This document shows, piece by piece, positions 24,967 to 38,149 of a DNA stretch of 64,000 bases (within the stretch, counting starts at the first letter, position 1; each line of letters opens with the position of its first letter). This DNA is from Sphagnum compactum. Lineage: Eukaryota. The notes under the pieces are model-generated. The model had not been told where the DNA came from. It saw only the letters and a program-made list of their open reading frames with translations, and searched no databases. The translations under genes were made by a program, and so were the position numbers. The DNA is taken from assembly GCA_965153455.1 (NCBI GenBank), contig OZ234493.1, forward strand, positions 33,966,213-34,030,212, in the 5' to 3' direction.

Positions 24967-27900
24967 CACTATAAGGAATCATGTCCATTCCAACCCATGC
25001 ATTTTTGTGACTATAGATGTGATTATCCTTTGTGGCACCTAGTAAAAACAATTAGTAGTCACATAAATGACTACAAAGTGATTTGCAATTGCATATGTAA
25101 CTTAAACTTATGGCTAATGTCAATTTGGATGAAAATGAAGATGAAAAGTACATTTATATCATTCATTTTTAATGACATCCCAAAATAGATGAAAATGAAG
25201 TTTTTTATATGACTTGAAAAGTGATTCATAGGCCATTGGACACCATGTGACATCTTTTCAACTTGATTTGCAAGTATAAATCGTAATTGCAATGTACATG
25301 CAATTAAATGTGAAAAAAATGGAATCAGCCAATGAAATTGTTGGATTTAATGGCCTAATTTTTTTCCTTAATTTTTTTGAATGAATTAATTATTAAATGT
25401 GTAGTAAGGTTTGGTCGGTTTGTGAAAATTTTAGAGGACCCATCGTAATTAATGGTAGAAATGTACCATTTTGAAATTTCTAACATTATATGGTTATTCA
25501 TAATTTGTAATTAGGTGCAAAAAATATATATTAATCATCCACTTATTGAGGCACCCATTAATGGATGAAAACATAATTGTTTTTGCAAATGGTCATGTAC
25601 ATAAACGGTAGTATGTAGCAAGTAATAAATACGGTTAAGTAGTAGGTTTTATGTATGTGGTTACGTAATAGATATTTTATCATGTGGATATGTCATAGTG
25701 CTTTTTAATCAATTAATTAATTAGGTAGGCTAGATAATAGGTAGTAGATATTAGGTAGTATGTAAGTAGGCTAACTAATAGTAGGTTGGTATTTTGTTGT
25801 GTTGAATGATATAGTGTTATGTTTAATTAATTAATTAAACTAGAAGTAATTAATCAATTAATGAATAGTCAACAATGTGGGTTAAATAGTAAGTATTTTA
25901 TCATGTTGATATGTGTTTTTTTTTAATTTTTTTTAATTAGATAGGTAATGTAATAATTGATGATCCATTTATAAACATTATATAACACAAATAAATCACA
26001 TATCCTAAATCTAAATTACATTTTGTTGGTACAATTATGATCTATTATAAGGAAAATTGTATAATATAATTTGTTAAATCAAATAGAGGTTTGAAATGTG
26101 AAAATATATAATTTATTTTTACATATAATGTTTATCATAATTTTAAGTAAAACTTAAGATATTATATGTGTAAAAGTAAGAAATTTAAAATTCCATCAAA
26201 TAGAGTAATTATATGGCACTAATTAATATTTAAAAACTAAAAACTAAATTATCTACTTTAATCTTTTACATCATAAATAATATGGCTAATATAAGAGGTT
26301 TTATTAGAATTTTATTGGTAAAATTCTGATATATCAAAAGAAAAATTGTACGATATAATTTTAAATTTCCAAAGAAGGTTTAAGGAATGAAATATATATT
26401 ATTATTAATAATTTTTATATTATCCATTAATAAATCATATGCTTAAGTTTATTTTTTTCCAAGAATGGTCATTGAAATGGTATTCACTAAATGATATTCA
26501 AATAGATTTTGTTTCAAATCAATTATGTGTAGTATTGAAAGGACTTTACAATTAAACTTTAATTTTGTCATTTAACCAAAATCCTAATAAGATATCCAAT
26601 AGCAAAAATGATATTTTGTGTAATGTTTTAAATGAAGTAAGGTAAATTTAGAATGCACACTACTATTTTGTTTCAATAAATGGGGCAACTTGGTGGTAAA
26701 GGAGTTGATTTCCATCCTTGCGGGTTAAAGGATCAATTCTCACAAATGACATGGGGTGTGATTAATGGTGGGATGTTGATTGGATATTTACTACTTGCAT
26801 AACCAACTTAAACTAGGTGCTTACAAGGTGGGCTTAAGTATTCACAAAGGTGACCTACTTAGCAACCTAAATTAGTTTTTAAATATTAACCTAGGTAATC
26901 ACATGTGTCAACATTGTATAGGTTGAAATTATTGAAATAACCAATAATATAAATATAAGTATATGAATAATATTTTATTTCAATATCTAAATAATAAATA
27001 GTCTAAAAATAAATGTATAAATAATACAACTACATTGTTTAATCGTAAAAGTAGTTGCAAAATGATGATGTGACATAAGCTAGTTTGGATGGATGAAAAG
27101 TTCATGTAATTCACAATTTCATGCGATTGCCATTGCAACTTGATGTTATGTATTGTCTTTTGTGACTATAATTTTATGTGGCTTGTCCAAGGCGACTAGG
27201 CCCTATACTAATCACATGTGGTAATTATGACTAAACATTAATCGTTAATCCAATCATTGATTTGAAAACTCCTTATATTGTTATGTAACTAGGTGCTTAA
27301 TTAGGTAAATAGGTAAATCTATTGAACTACCTAACTATCTACTTACTTACCTATTTAACTAACATACTAACCTATTTACCTACTTACTTAGCTAGTACCA
27401 ATATGATTAGATAAGAATGTAAATATGTAAGTATGTTTGAATATGCAATTAAATACTAGGTAGGCTAGGTAAGTAGGTGAATGAATAGCTAAATAAGTTA
27501 GTAACATAGGGAAGTAGGTAAGTAGGTAGGTAGGTAGATAGGTTAATTAAGTCGATAGGTTAGGAAGGTAAGTAAGTAGCTTAGATGGGTGTTAATGGCA
27601 AAAGCTTTTAATAGGTACTTGCACTATAATTACCTTTTTTTGGTCACTGAAATCTAAGTATTGAAATTTTTACCAAAAAATGTTATTGAAATTATCTTGC
27701 CAAAACCTACTTACTAAAATGCATTATCAAAACACCTAAATGGTTATTTTAAGAATCAAAAATTAATTTGACTTTAGTTAGGAAAAGATTATCAGGTTTC
27801 AGTTATCTTGTAGTTTAAGAAATTTTATGGGGATTCCCTTGATTTTTTGGATTATTCATTGTTTTTCTCACCACTTCAAAGGAGATTCTCATAGGGAAAC

Positions 27901-29225
27901 TTGGGGGAGGAAGGGGAATATATTTTTTATATTTTTTTGTGTAATGATTTTTGGCTTCTACTTTGAAGCAAAGTAAATTATTTTGAGCCTTTTTAATTTC
28001 TTCTTATACGTCTTTATACTTCCTTTTTTAAGTTGTTTGTTTTCTTGCAAGTTTGAAGTTTTTTCATGATACAAACTTGCAATTTTTTTCTACTAATGGT
28101 TTCATAAACTCTTTGTGATTATTTTTTGCTTAATGTTGTAGAATTGAAATGTTCATATTATGTTCTTATTTTGTTTAAGTAAAAAAACCCAAGACTTCAT
28201 CAGGTGGCTTTAATGTAGTGGGTGAATAGGTTAGACCATGGGTAGCTTAACTAGGTAAGTATGTTAGTAAAATATGATTTGGTGGCTAACTAGGTAGGTA
28301 ATTAATAGAATAGACCTAAAATGGGTAGTTAGGTAGGTAGGTAAGTAAGCCTAGGTTAGGTAGGTGAGATCTTTTTACAAGGATTTTATTTTATTTTGAG
28401 TTCAACTTTTAAGGTCAAACTTTTTTAATTGGTTCATTTGAAATGACATTTTTAAAAAAATGTTTGCAATGCTCACACATTTATATAATTTACAACATTG
28501 AAAAGAAGGACAAAAGATATGGGATAATTTTACAAATGTCGCGACCTAGTTGCAAATTAGTTTGTAATTAAGTTATGACCAAAAATGTTATCCCATGTAT
28601 TTTTTGTCCTCCATTTAAATTTTCTAAATTAACAAGAAAGTGGATTTGAAAAATTGAAAAAACACAATCAACATTAAAAAGCAAATGCCAATTGGGTTGA
28701 ACCAATAAAAAAGGCTTGATCCTAAAAATTAAACCAAAAGTAAAATAGATTTCTTACCAACTATCTATCTAGCTATTTTTTTACCTAATTACCTACCTAC
28801 TTAGCCTAGGTAAGTGTGTAGGTACCTAACCTAGGTAGGTACATATTTGCTTAATCAAATATTCATTTTTAATCTGTTTTGGCCAAAATTCAATTAATAT
28901 GTTAGGTGGTGAATTTTTCTTGTATCACATGTCATGATCTAAGACCATCCAAAATGGACATTGTGGATTTAAATTTAAAATTTAAAATTCATTTTTACCA
29001 ATATTCACAAAGGGTACATGGTTAATCAACAGATGGCAACGTATTTATTGACCGTACACTTCCATTTTTGGTTGTGTTGACATCACAATGAGGTCAACAT
29101 TTGCAACTATAAGTCATGTGCAATTAGACTTATGCAACTAATGAAATTTTAGTTGTAAATGTTTATTGTGACTATTTTGTAATTGTAAATTGTAATCACA
29201 AAATGACATGTTTCTTCTAGTTGTG
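24967..29225. mobile_element. Putative non-autonomous CACTA-like element(s): AT-rich, with (TAGG)n-like tracts
   Basis: CACTATAAG at 24967 and TTCTTCTAGTTGTG at the right end. Clusters of GCAACT/GTGACT motifs near both ends and degenerate TAGG/CCTA tracts inside. No matching TSD found, so boundaries are uncertain. Confidence 0.4.
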
Positions 29226-32200
29226 CAAGTAGGTAATTTGTAGTAGGCAGGCAAGCATGTTGTTGTGTATATTAGAGTGGTTGGTTTGATAGTTGGTGGG
29301 TAGTGGCAAGGAGGTTAGTAAGAAAAATCTTTAATTTTCTTGAAAAAAAAGGTATGTGAAGGTAAAACATCAAATAGAATAATTGTGCTAACTAAGGGTG
29401 GTGGTCCACCAAAATGTCATGCCACTTTTCTTCAATTTACCATTCCAAGGAATGAATAATCTTCAAAACAAAATAATGCCCAACGGTTCCATTTGAAAAA
29501 CCTCCATTACATCTCCAAAAGGCGTGTTCACAACATGATAACAATAGAAAGTACCAAAACCTTCATGCCAAAAACATTCAAAAACATATTTGTTTGCCTT
29601 TCCTTGTAATGTGCTTTTTTGCATTTTTGGATGAAACTTTGCATGTTTATCTTTGGCTTGTTTCTTTTTTATTTTATCTTGCTTCATGCATTTATTTTCT
29701 CTTGAAACCTTTTCTCCACTCTAATAGCTTTTATGCATTTGCATTCACAATTTATTTGATTGGATAAACTCGTAAAAAAACCAAAAAGTTTCATTTGCCA
29801 ATTTGACCAACCATGGATTTTAAACAAGTTGATTTCAACATGTCCAATTTGATTAAGTCTTTTTTGTTAGGTGTTTTTACTAGTCAAATGAGATTGGGCA
29901 ACAAGGAAATTTATAATAAATTAATAATAATAATAATAATAAAACAAATGCCCATAATAACAATTTTATATTTACCTAATTACCTAGGCTAGTTAGGCGA
30001 GTTAGGCCACTAAGGTAGTGGCTAGATTGCAAGTGTGAGGACGTGAACTCCTCATCTTCATATTAAGGAATCAAGTCCTTAACCATTGCACCATCATTTT
30101 TTTATATGGAGATATTTTGTGAACATATTTTAAACGTGTTCAATTTTCTTACACTACTTACATAAGTAGATAGGTAAAGTAACTTAACTAGGTAGGTATC
30201 ACCCTATACTAACCTAGGTTAGTTATTTAAGTTATTAGCCTAGGTTTACCTACCTATTTAGGAACTACCCACAACCTACAAGTATATATGTAATATTTCT
30301 TTTCAAATTTTATGAATACATGTCCTATTTGACGACATGTTTCATTTCATTACACTTGTGTCCTTTTTCTTGTTTTGTTGTATTTGCATGTTTAATTTGA
30401 CTACACCCTAGTTTTTCTTACAAGAGGTTTTCATTTTTTGTCATATTTGATTAAATCTCAAATTGACCAATAGTAAAAAAATTGTCATTTTATTCAATTG
30501 AACAAGTCAAAAAAGATGTCACTTTAAAAACTAGAGGCTTATAGTCAAACTAATTGAACTTCCAATCAAAATAGACAAGGTAGTCACATTGGACATCTTG
30601 AAAAACCATGGATTCTTGCATTGTCTTTTCATTTGCAACAAAAAATTTACCCTTCCTTTGCCTATTTGTTGTGGGTCCAATAATCTAATGTTCAAAAGGG
30701 GACATGCTTGCCATTGATAACATATACAAAAATAATTTTACAAACACATTAAAAAACATGGTTCTAATGTGGGAAGGAGGATTATTTCCCAAGGTCGAAA
30801 CATTGATAATAATAATGTAATGACCATTGAGGATGAAGTGAAAATGAAAAATCCACAACTTTGTGGATTGGTGTTAGTGGAATGTATAACAAGCCCCATT
30901 GGATATGTTTTTAACTGGGGACAAGGACCCAAAGAGATTTTTTTTTCCTAGCCAACATCCATCCAAAATGGTGCACTAATGAATCATGTCAATTCATTAT
31001 AATCAACAAAATACAAAATTCTGGCACCCATAAGTATTGTGTGCATACTCATAGGTTAAGTTAATTTATTTGCAAAGTGTAACAAATTAGCTTATTCACT
31101 ACACAATCCTTAACAAAGTAATCTACTTATGTTAAATTTACACCTAATATTAGGTCAATATTATTAAATTACCTTAATGTTAAAGTGTTTATTAATAAAT
31201 TGACATGTGGTTGTGTTGTGCCACTAACACACATAATGCCATTTTAACAAAATTGGTGTATGTTCACACAAAGGCAAGGTGTTACATAAGAACAATAATT
31301 CCCACTATATTCATGATTACAAATTCACATTAAAAAAAAATATCATCGTTTTTCTTTTGCTTTCTTTTCTTCGTGCACTACCAATGCTATCATTTTGCAT
31401 TCAATTGTTTGTTCCTTAGTTTGTTCTTTCTTCTATGTGATCTTTTTTTGTGAGCTTATGTGTGTGTTTTTTTTGGTGAGTTTCCACATGTGTTCAATTT
31501 CTCATCTTCATGCACTATTAACATTTTCATTTGTCATCAAATCTTTTGTCACAACTATATTGTAGCAATGTCAACATCTTTGTTTTGTTTTCCATTGTCG
31601 TGCAATGTTGATGCTCCCATTTTGCATTTGAAATCATTTGTTATTTTGTGTGCTCTTATTCCTATGTGCTCTCCATGCTAAAACAAGCTTGAGATTGAAA
31701 CTTGAAAGATTTTGAGATTGAAAAATTAGAAAGTCAATGCAAATTGTGTTAAATAATTATATGTTATGAATGCTTGGAGTTTGCAAAAGGGAGGAGGAGA
31801 GGATGAAGGTTATGCAAACTTCACACAAGTACTGTTTGTGGTGCTTATGTGTGCAACTATTGTGTTTGTAACTAGTCCTTTCAAAGCGCATGGCTAAATA
31901 GGTATGATGGGGTGTTAAACTCAAGTGAACCTACCCTATTGAGGATAGGGGTTCATCCCATTTGATCCTGAAACATGATTATTTGGATGGTGCAATTGTG
32001 GGCATTGGGGTATGTGGGCCATTTTTGCTTGCATTCACAGTTGCCCTCTCATAAATTATAAAAAGTGAAGGAGTGAAATATTTTGCATTAAAAGTTATTG
32101 TCATCATCCTTTTCTACAAGGCAATTAATATACTATCATATGTTCATCAAGTTCAATGGCATGATCCTTTTTCACATATTTGCAATTAAAGTAAAACAAC

Positions 32201-32684
32201 AAATTGTATGGAACAACACGAAGTAAAAAACTCGTACAAACTTTGCAAGTGTCATTGTTGTCATTGATTTGTAAGGTTTGACTAATGTTAATGCAAAATT
32301 TAGATAAAATATATTTGGATATTGCTATTTGTAAGTGAATGAAACTAGGTTATTGGTAACAATTTGACCTTTTTCTTGAGAGGTTGCAAGTTCAAAGTTG
32401 GTGAGGAATGGCAATAGGTCAGGCGCAAGAATGGGTGGACCAAATTTTGGATTATTTGACAAATTTTGTAGAGTGGTTGTCATTTGATGACCATATTCAA
32501 TAGATAAATTTGAATTTTTTTTTACAAGGACTTAATTTGAGGATGCCAACTTGAATATGTGATTGTTGAACGTTTTAAATTTGCTTAATCAAGAAAATCA
32601 TAAGAGATAAGGACTTTCAAAGTTGAAAATTATAGATTGTATCCCTAGCAACAATTTTTGATATGGACCTTCAAATAGTTTAAT

Positions 32685-33503
32685 TGTCGCAACCCCACTT
32701 TGTCCAAGTGTGGGGGTGAAGCCCAACACTTGGAAAAGTTGGAGGTTTGGAGCCCTCCAGGACTCCCGAATGTTCAGAGCTCGACAGCAAGGCCCAAAAC
32801 ACCTCGCATTGGGGTGTTCTTGGTGTCATTGGAAAGGTATTGAAACGTAGATATCGAAAATGGCCTCGCATTGGCCATTTGGACATCTGCAGCCCAAGTT
32901 ATGGGCAAACGAAGGGCCGGGAGTCAAACTGGCAGTTTGACTCCCGACCACTAAAAGTCGGGAATCGACCCTTTCCCGACGTTGCCTGATGGAGTGCAAC
33001 ATGGCGTTGGAAAGATCTCGATGAGGGCTACAACTTTGGTTTAGACTTCATCGCGATCGGACTTCGGAGTCAGGAGTTATGGCAGCTCAAAGTTTCGAGA
33101 GTCCCGCCGGGACAGTTTCGGGACTCCATTTCGGGAGTCCCAACAAAATGTGCCATTTGGATGTAGCCTCCGTGGTGAGCTGCAGAGATAACTATATGGG
33201 GGAAGGTGGTGGCTTCCCCCGAGTCCGGGCCGTGGTGAGTCTTGTGTGTCAAAGTGCTTGTGGCTTGTCCCAACACCTAAGGGTGTCCCGAATGCTAAAC
33301 TAACCTCTTTGAGTTGGTTTTTGGATGCAGATTCACACAAGCTAAGTTAGTCCCTCTTCCTAGTCTAATCCCTGGGCTCCCAACTCGACTCCTACCCCTT
33401 TCTAGAGTTGGAAGCCGGGAGCATGCCCTTCGGTCCCAACTTTCCGCAACTTCACATTGGTGAACCCTCAAGTGGGTTCACCCCGGGAACAAGGAGCGCG
33501 TCA
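32685..33503. mobile_element. Solo LTR (819 bp) with 5-bp TSD TTAAT, same family as 7177-8000
   Basis: Ends TGTCGC...GCGTCA (imperfect inverted termini). TTAAT at 32680-32684 and 33504-33508. Confidence 0.9.
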
Positions 33504-33954
33504 TTAATGACTTATGATGTGTTTATTAGCGACTTGATTTTGATCACATAACGTATCAAAAAACTAAGTTTGAAATTTTTTGCATGTTGATCTTTGTAAG
33601 ATTTTATTTATGGACTTTTGAATAAGTTTTTAAAAATAAGTGTTTTTCGAAAGTCCATATAATATTAGATAAATGAGATATTTGGGTTACTCTTGTGCAC
33701 ACATGTTAGGAAACAAAAAACCTTCAATTGGGATTTAGATCAAATGAAGAAAATGCTTAAAGAATCAATGGGAGACCTTGGTAAATAACTCCAACCCACA
33801 AAAAAAACTCATTGTTTTGAACTAAAAAGGTGATAGTTTCTTGCCACACTTTGGTCCACTCAATCTTGCACCCACCCAATCAAAATAAAACAAAAATTAG
33901 TCCTTGCATTTGGTATGACAAGTGTTGACCTAGAGCCACAAAGTACGAAGGGTT

Positions 33955-34282
33955 TTTTTTCAATGTCCTCTGTATGGAACACCCAAATTTCATCACTCCA
34001 ACAAAAATGGTTTTAAACAATTACTTACTCCTCACATAAGATTAGCTCCACACACATTGATGGGCATTTTTTATGTCCTATGTAAGGAACACCCAAATAC
34101 CATCACTCCAACAAAAATGGTGTTAGCAATTACTTACTCCTTACATAAGATTAGCTCCACACACATTGAAAGGTTTTTTTGAAAAATGTCCTATGTATGG
34201 AACACCCAAATACCATGACTCCAACAAAAATGGTTTTAGCAAATTACTTACTCCATACATAAGATTAGCTCCAAACACATTG
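33955..34282. repeat. Tandem repeat, 3 copies of ~110-113 bp
   Basis: ATGTCCT...GGAACACCCAAAT...CTCCAACAAAAATGG...TTACTTACTCC...CATAAGATTAGCTCCA.ACACATTG starts at 33963, 34073 and 34186. Confidence 0.9.
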
Positions 34283-34499
34283 TCACAGACAAAATATATA
34301 ATACCTCTTTATCATCGATTGTCAACATTCTCTCACCAGTGTTTGCGCATTCTCAAAATTGTAACTTTTCTGGCAAAGGCTTATGTAATATTCTTTGTCC
34401 AGCTATAAACTTGCAGCCTCAAATGCTTGTTTATGATATCACAAATAAAAAAGAGTTTTGTCTGTTGAAGATCAAAAGATCATGATTGCTTAAGTGATA

Positions 34500-35020
34500 A
34501 GCTGCTCTTGAATGCGCAGCTTATGGTGATTTTCTCTATCTATCTCTGCCATATCCGCGAGAACGTCGAGTTCCTGACGAGACTCTCATCGCGTGCGCCA
34601 GACAAAACGCACTGGAGTGAGTGAGTGAGTCTGTTGGACGGGTCTTCTTTTACAGAGGTAGTAAAGACTGTAGAAGATGAAAACACTACTACGTACGCAT
34701 ACGGAAAATTACCTCCAAATGTAGAATACGAAAAGTATCGTATAAATGCTGAAGGTAGATGACCGTTACATACTACTTCCAGATTAGCCGTATTTGTACA
34801 ATGTCGTCGAATGTGTATAAATACGGTAGGTATAGACAATCGGGGTCATCTTCCGCCAGTTGGTGAACTTACTGTATGTGTACTTTTGTACCCTGCCACG
34901 TGCCAGACGACGTGTGGAGGCATGCACGCAGCGTGCGCCGTCAACGAATGAGAGGCAGGTGGGTGAAGATAAGGCGCGTGCTAACCGCAGGCCTGGGCCC
35001 CATCACGCCCGTGTCCTTTT
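34500..35020. promoter_or_regulatory. Orphan CpG-rich promoter/enhancer-like island
   Basis: High CG density against CG-depleted flanks. TATAAAT at ~34741 and ~34816, G-box CACGTG 34897-34902, ACGTGT 34910-34915, RY CATGCA 34921-34926, GATAAG 34968-34973, CGCGTG 34975-34980, TGGGCCC 34994-35000. Confidence 0.45.
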
Positions 35021-35264
35021 GCTTGCAGTTTTTATTTCAGTCCTTTTCGACTCCCTACCTACTCTCTTTATTTTCCAAGTGATTTGGTTTTTTGGGGCTT
35101 TGAGTGGGTACTGGATGGCGGGAAACGTTAAATCGGCCTCAGATTTAAGGTTGCTGCCTTTTTTCTTTTTCTTTTTTTTTTTCCTGTTTTTTGGGCACAA
35201 GTTGGGGAAATTTTTTCTGCCTGCCTCCAAGTCTTTTCATTTCCATGTTTCCTATGGGCTAAAA

Positions 35265-35395
35265 GACCAGTAGAAAAACTCCATTTTTCGACTTGTCTTA
35301 GGTGACTAAAAGTGTCTTTTGCGACTAAAAAATAGTCATAAAAGACACTTTTAGTCGCTTAAGACAAGTAAAAAAATGGGGTTTTTCTACTAGTG
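35265..35395. mobile_element. 131-bp fold-back CACTA MITE with TSD AAA
   Basis: Left GACCAGTAGAAAAACTCCATTTTT... versus right reverse complement CACTAGTAGAAAAACCCCATTTTT.... The ~62-bp arms meet at a 5-A loop. AAA flanks both ends. Confidence 0.85.
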
Positions 35396-36157
35396 AAACA
35401 ACTCCCTCTCCATGGAGACAAAGCTCATCACTACCAAATAGAACAAAAACCCTGAAAATTAAAAAGTACGAGGCAAATGAGAACACAAGTAGACATAACC
35501 CAAAGAAAAAACAAAAGCAAACAATCAAACCAAAATCACTTAAAGACCCCATGCAAAGATGACTCGTGACTATGAAATGATAATCAATGATAACAAAGAA
35601 GACTTGAGAGACACAGAGTTGTCATCTTTCACAAATCATTTGGTGATGGAGGCGCACTAGCTATGATGTGTGGAAGAGATAAGGAACCTCAATCAAGTGT
35701 AATAGCTCGTTGAAAAATTGTTATGACTTGTGCACATTATATGGCTATTATGGACACGTGTTGTTGATAGTAAGGAACAAGCATCGAAGGGATTGAAGAA
35801 AATTGTTGATGATGCACAATAGTGGTCTATGCACAAGCGATAAAAAATGAATCAAAACGAGAATGAACACATTCATACGTCTCAATAACAAGCAAAATGA
35901 AATCATCGTATGGTGCTCGTTCAACATATGGTTGTGTCTTTTTTTGAACAACTATCATCATTACATGTGCTATTGTCGTCAATGCTCATTGCACTATATA
36001 TGCAAGTCGAATCAACAACGATGACATCCATTTAACTCTAAAAGTCATCTCTAATGATAGGATCTCCAAATAGTTGTTAATGCACATTTTGATATTTGAA
36101 CCTAATAAGAAGACAAAATTATCATCCCATATAACCTTTTTCTATGTGTGATTGATA

Positions 36158-36570
36158 TTAATTAGTTGGGGGTGTTTCAAATGTCCAACCCTTTTTTTTT
36201 TCCAATGAGTTATTTTGATTGGCCCATTGCAAAAAAAATTGAAATTATGGAGGATCCTTTAAAATAGAATATTCTATCGAACAATGGAGTGCCTCCCACT
36301 TTGGCTTCTTTATATAGGTGAAAAGGGGAGGAATTTGGGCAAAACATATGGGATTAAAGCGAGGTGCTATTGGGACCACCCTTGGGGAACACATTGGGAA
36401 CTTTAAAAACGTACTAAAAACTTAATGGGAACCCATTGGGAGATTGAAGGGAACATAAAAGGAACATGTTGGGAATAAAAGAAAAATGAAAAAAATCCTC
36501 CCCCAACCCCCCCACCCAAAACTTAGAACATAATCAAAGCACCTTGAATGCATGCGTCAACTTAACCATT
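36158..36570 (-). repeat. Dispersed ~400-450 bp repeat, inverted relative to the copies at 38246-39092
   Basis: Reverse complement of the CCAATCAAATTGGCTCATTGC / TTTTGCCCAAA..CTCCCCT / CCAATAGCACCTC / CCCAACATGTTCC blocks. Confidence 0.75.
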
Positions 36571-38149
36571 GGTTGCATATATCTTTGGTTTCCAAAACTG
36601 TTGGTCACCATTTTTGGACGAGGTTAATGGCAGGGCTAGAGATTGAACAAGGAAGAAATACAAGAAAGGAAAAACCAACGCCCATCATGAGTGCATGCTG
36701 AGGCTTCCCATTGGCTACATGAAATTTTTATTTCCAAAACTGTTGATCACCATTTTTGGCATGGGCTAATGGTTGGGTTAGTGATTTGGGGACATAATAA
36801 CATAAAGCAATTTGAGAATTTTCTTAATGCCACGCCACACCTAGTGTTTGGTTGTAATGTTAACATTGTCTTTAACAATACATTAGGACCACATAATTTA
36901 GTTGTCAATGTTTGCCATCATGAAACGCGCTAGATAATTAAAGTTTAACTTTTTGTTGTTCACACCAGAGCTTGAGTGGTAGCTACCAACATATTATCAT
37001 CAACCAAAAATGGAGATCAATTTAGATCTCTACAAGGTAAGTATCTTTTTTTTCCTTTTATTCCATTCTTTTTGTTGGAGCTTTCTAGTTTATGCTTTGT
37101 TGTATGCAAGTTTGCATTTGGAGCTTCACAATGTGCATTAGCTAAAAACTTGTGACTAGGAGCTTTGCAACAAAGATTGTGGCCAAGACTTGTGACCAAG
37201 AATTTTGTAGCAGAGATGTTCACATTTTGTGAAAGGAGATTTGATTCAAGAGAGCACTATCATAGATAGTTCTTTGTAGACCCCTCTGTAGCAAGGACAT
37301 GCAAAGAAAGAAGGATGTGCAAAGAGAGAGAAGGGGAACAAAAGAAGAAAGAGAAAAAGAGAGAATAGAAAGGAAAAAAAAAAAAGGAAAAAGAGGGAAA
37401 GAAGGAAGGAAGGTTTGTTAACATTGAGTTAATCCTTCTTCATTTTGGGAGGCTTTAGGTAACATCAACAAGAAATTTTGAAATCTACCTTTTTTTGAAG
37501 TTTAACTTAAGATTAGGTGTTAGAAAACATTAAGTGTTAACACAAAGTGAACACCGATGCCATGTCAACTACCACATAGGATTTTTGTTGTTAGTTACAA
37601 TTGAAGGTGTGGATTCATGTAAAAATTTTATCATCCTAAACACTGGCCTACCACCACCACCACCACCACTACCTAGGTGTGGCATGGCCTTTTAGTGAGT
37701 TTTGGAGGACACCTTAATACACATCAATAATGCCCCCAAAAAATAGGTGGTACCATATGCTACCAAGTTACCCATGGTAAGAGGTCTCTTGTAAGAATTA
37801 GGACCTTGTGTTTTATGTTTTAAGGAGGCACTATTGATGTGTATTAAGTCGGTAGATGTAAGAGGCCTCTTCTAGGCATGATGTACATATGCTTATGCTT
37901 GAGTTAATGTTCGTCTTGTGCTTTTAAGATGGGTAAGTTTTATGAGTGAGGGACATTTCCAAAATGTGGCGTTAGATTTGAGTACCATCTCATCTGGGGC
38001 CCCTTATTTCCCCACCCGGAATGCCCCCACCACGGTGCCTTACAGTACACTACTTATGTGGTGGGAAGCCAAGAAAGCTCCTGAAAAAAACTTTAATCTT
38101 TTTTTAAAAATTCCCCATGTTTAAAACTTCACAAGATTGAATAAATAAT

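Noticed and set aside
26680..26745. Functional tRNA gene
   Set aside because: No full cloverleaf or acceptor stem. Kept only as a tRNA-like cassette finding.
32680..33340. Several 68-87 aa ORFs (also at 7539-7774)
   Set aside because: They lie within solo LTRs, overlap on both strands and are not kept open between the two copies.
34860..35273. 137-aa ORF over the CpG island
   Set aside because: Non-ATG start, runs into poly-T (poly-Phe), no recognisable domain.
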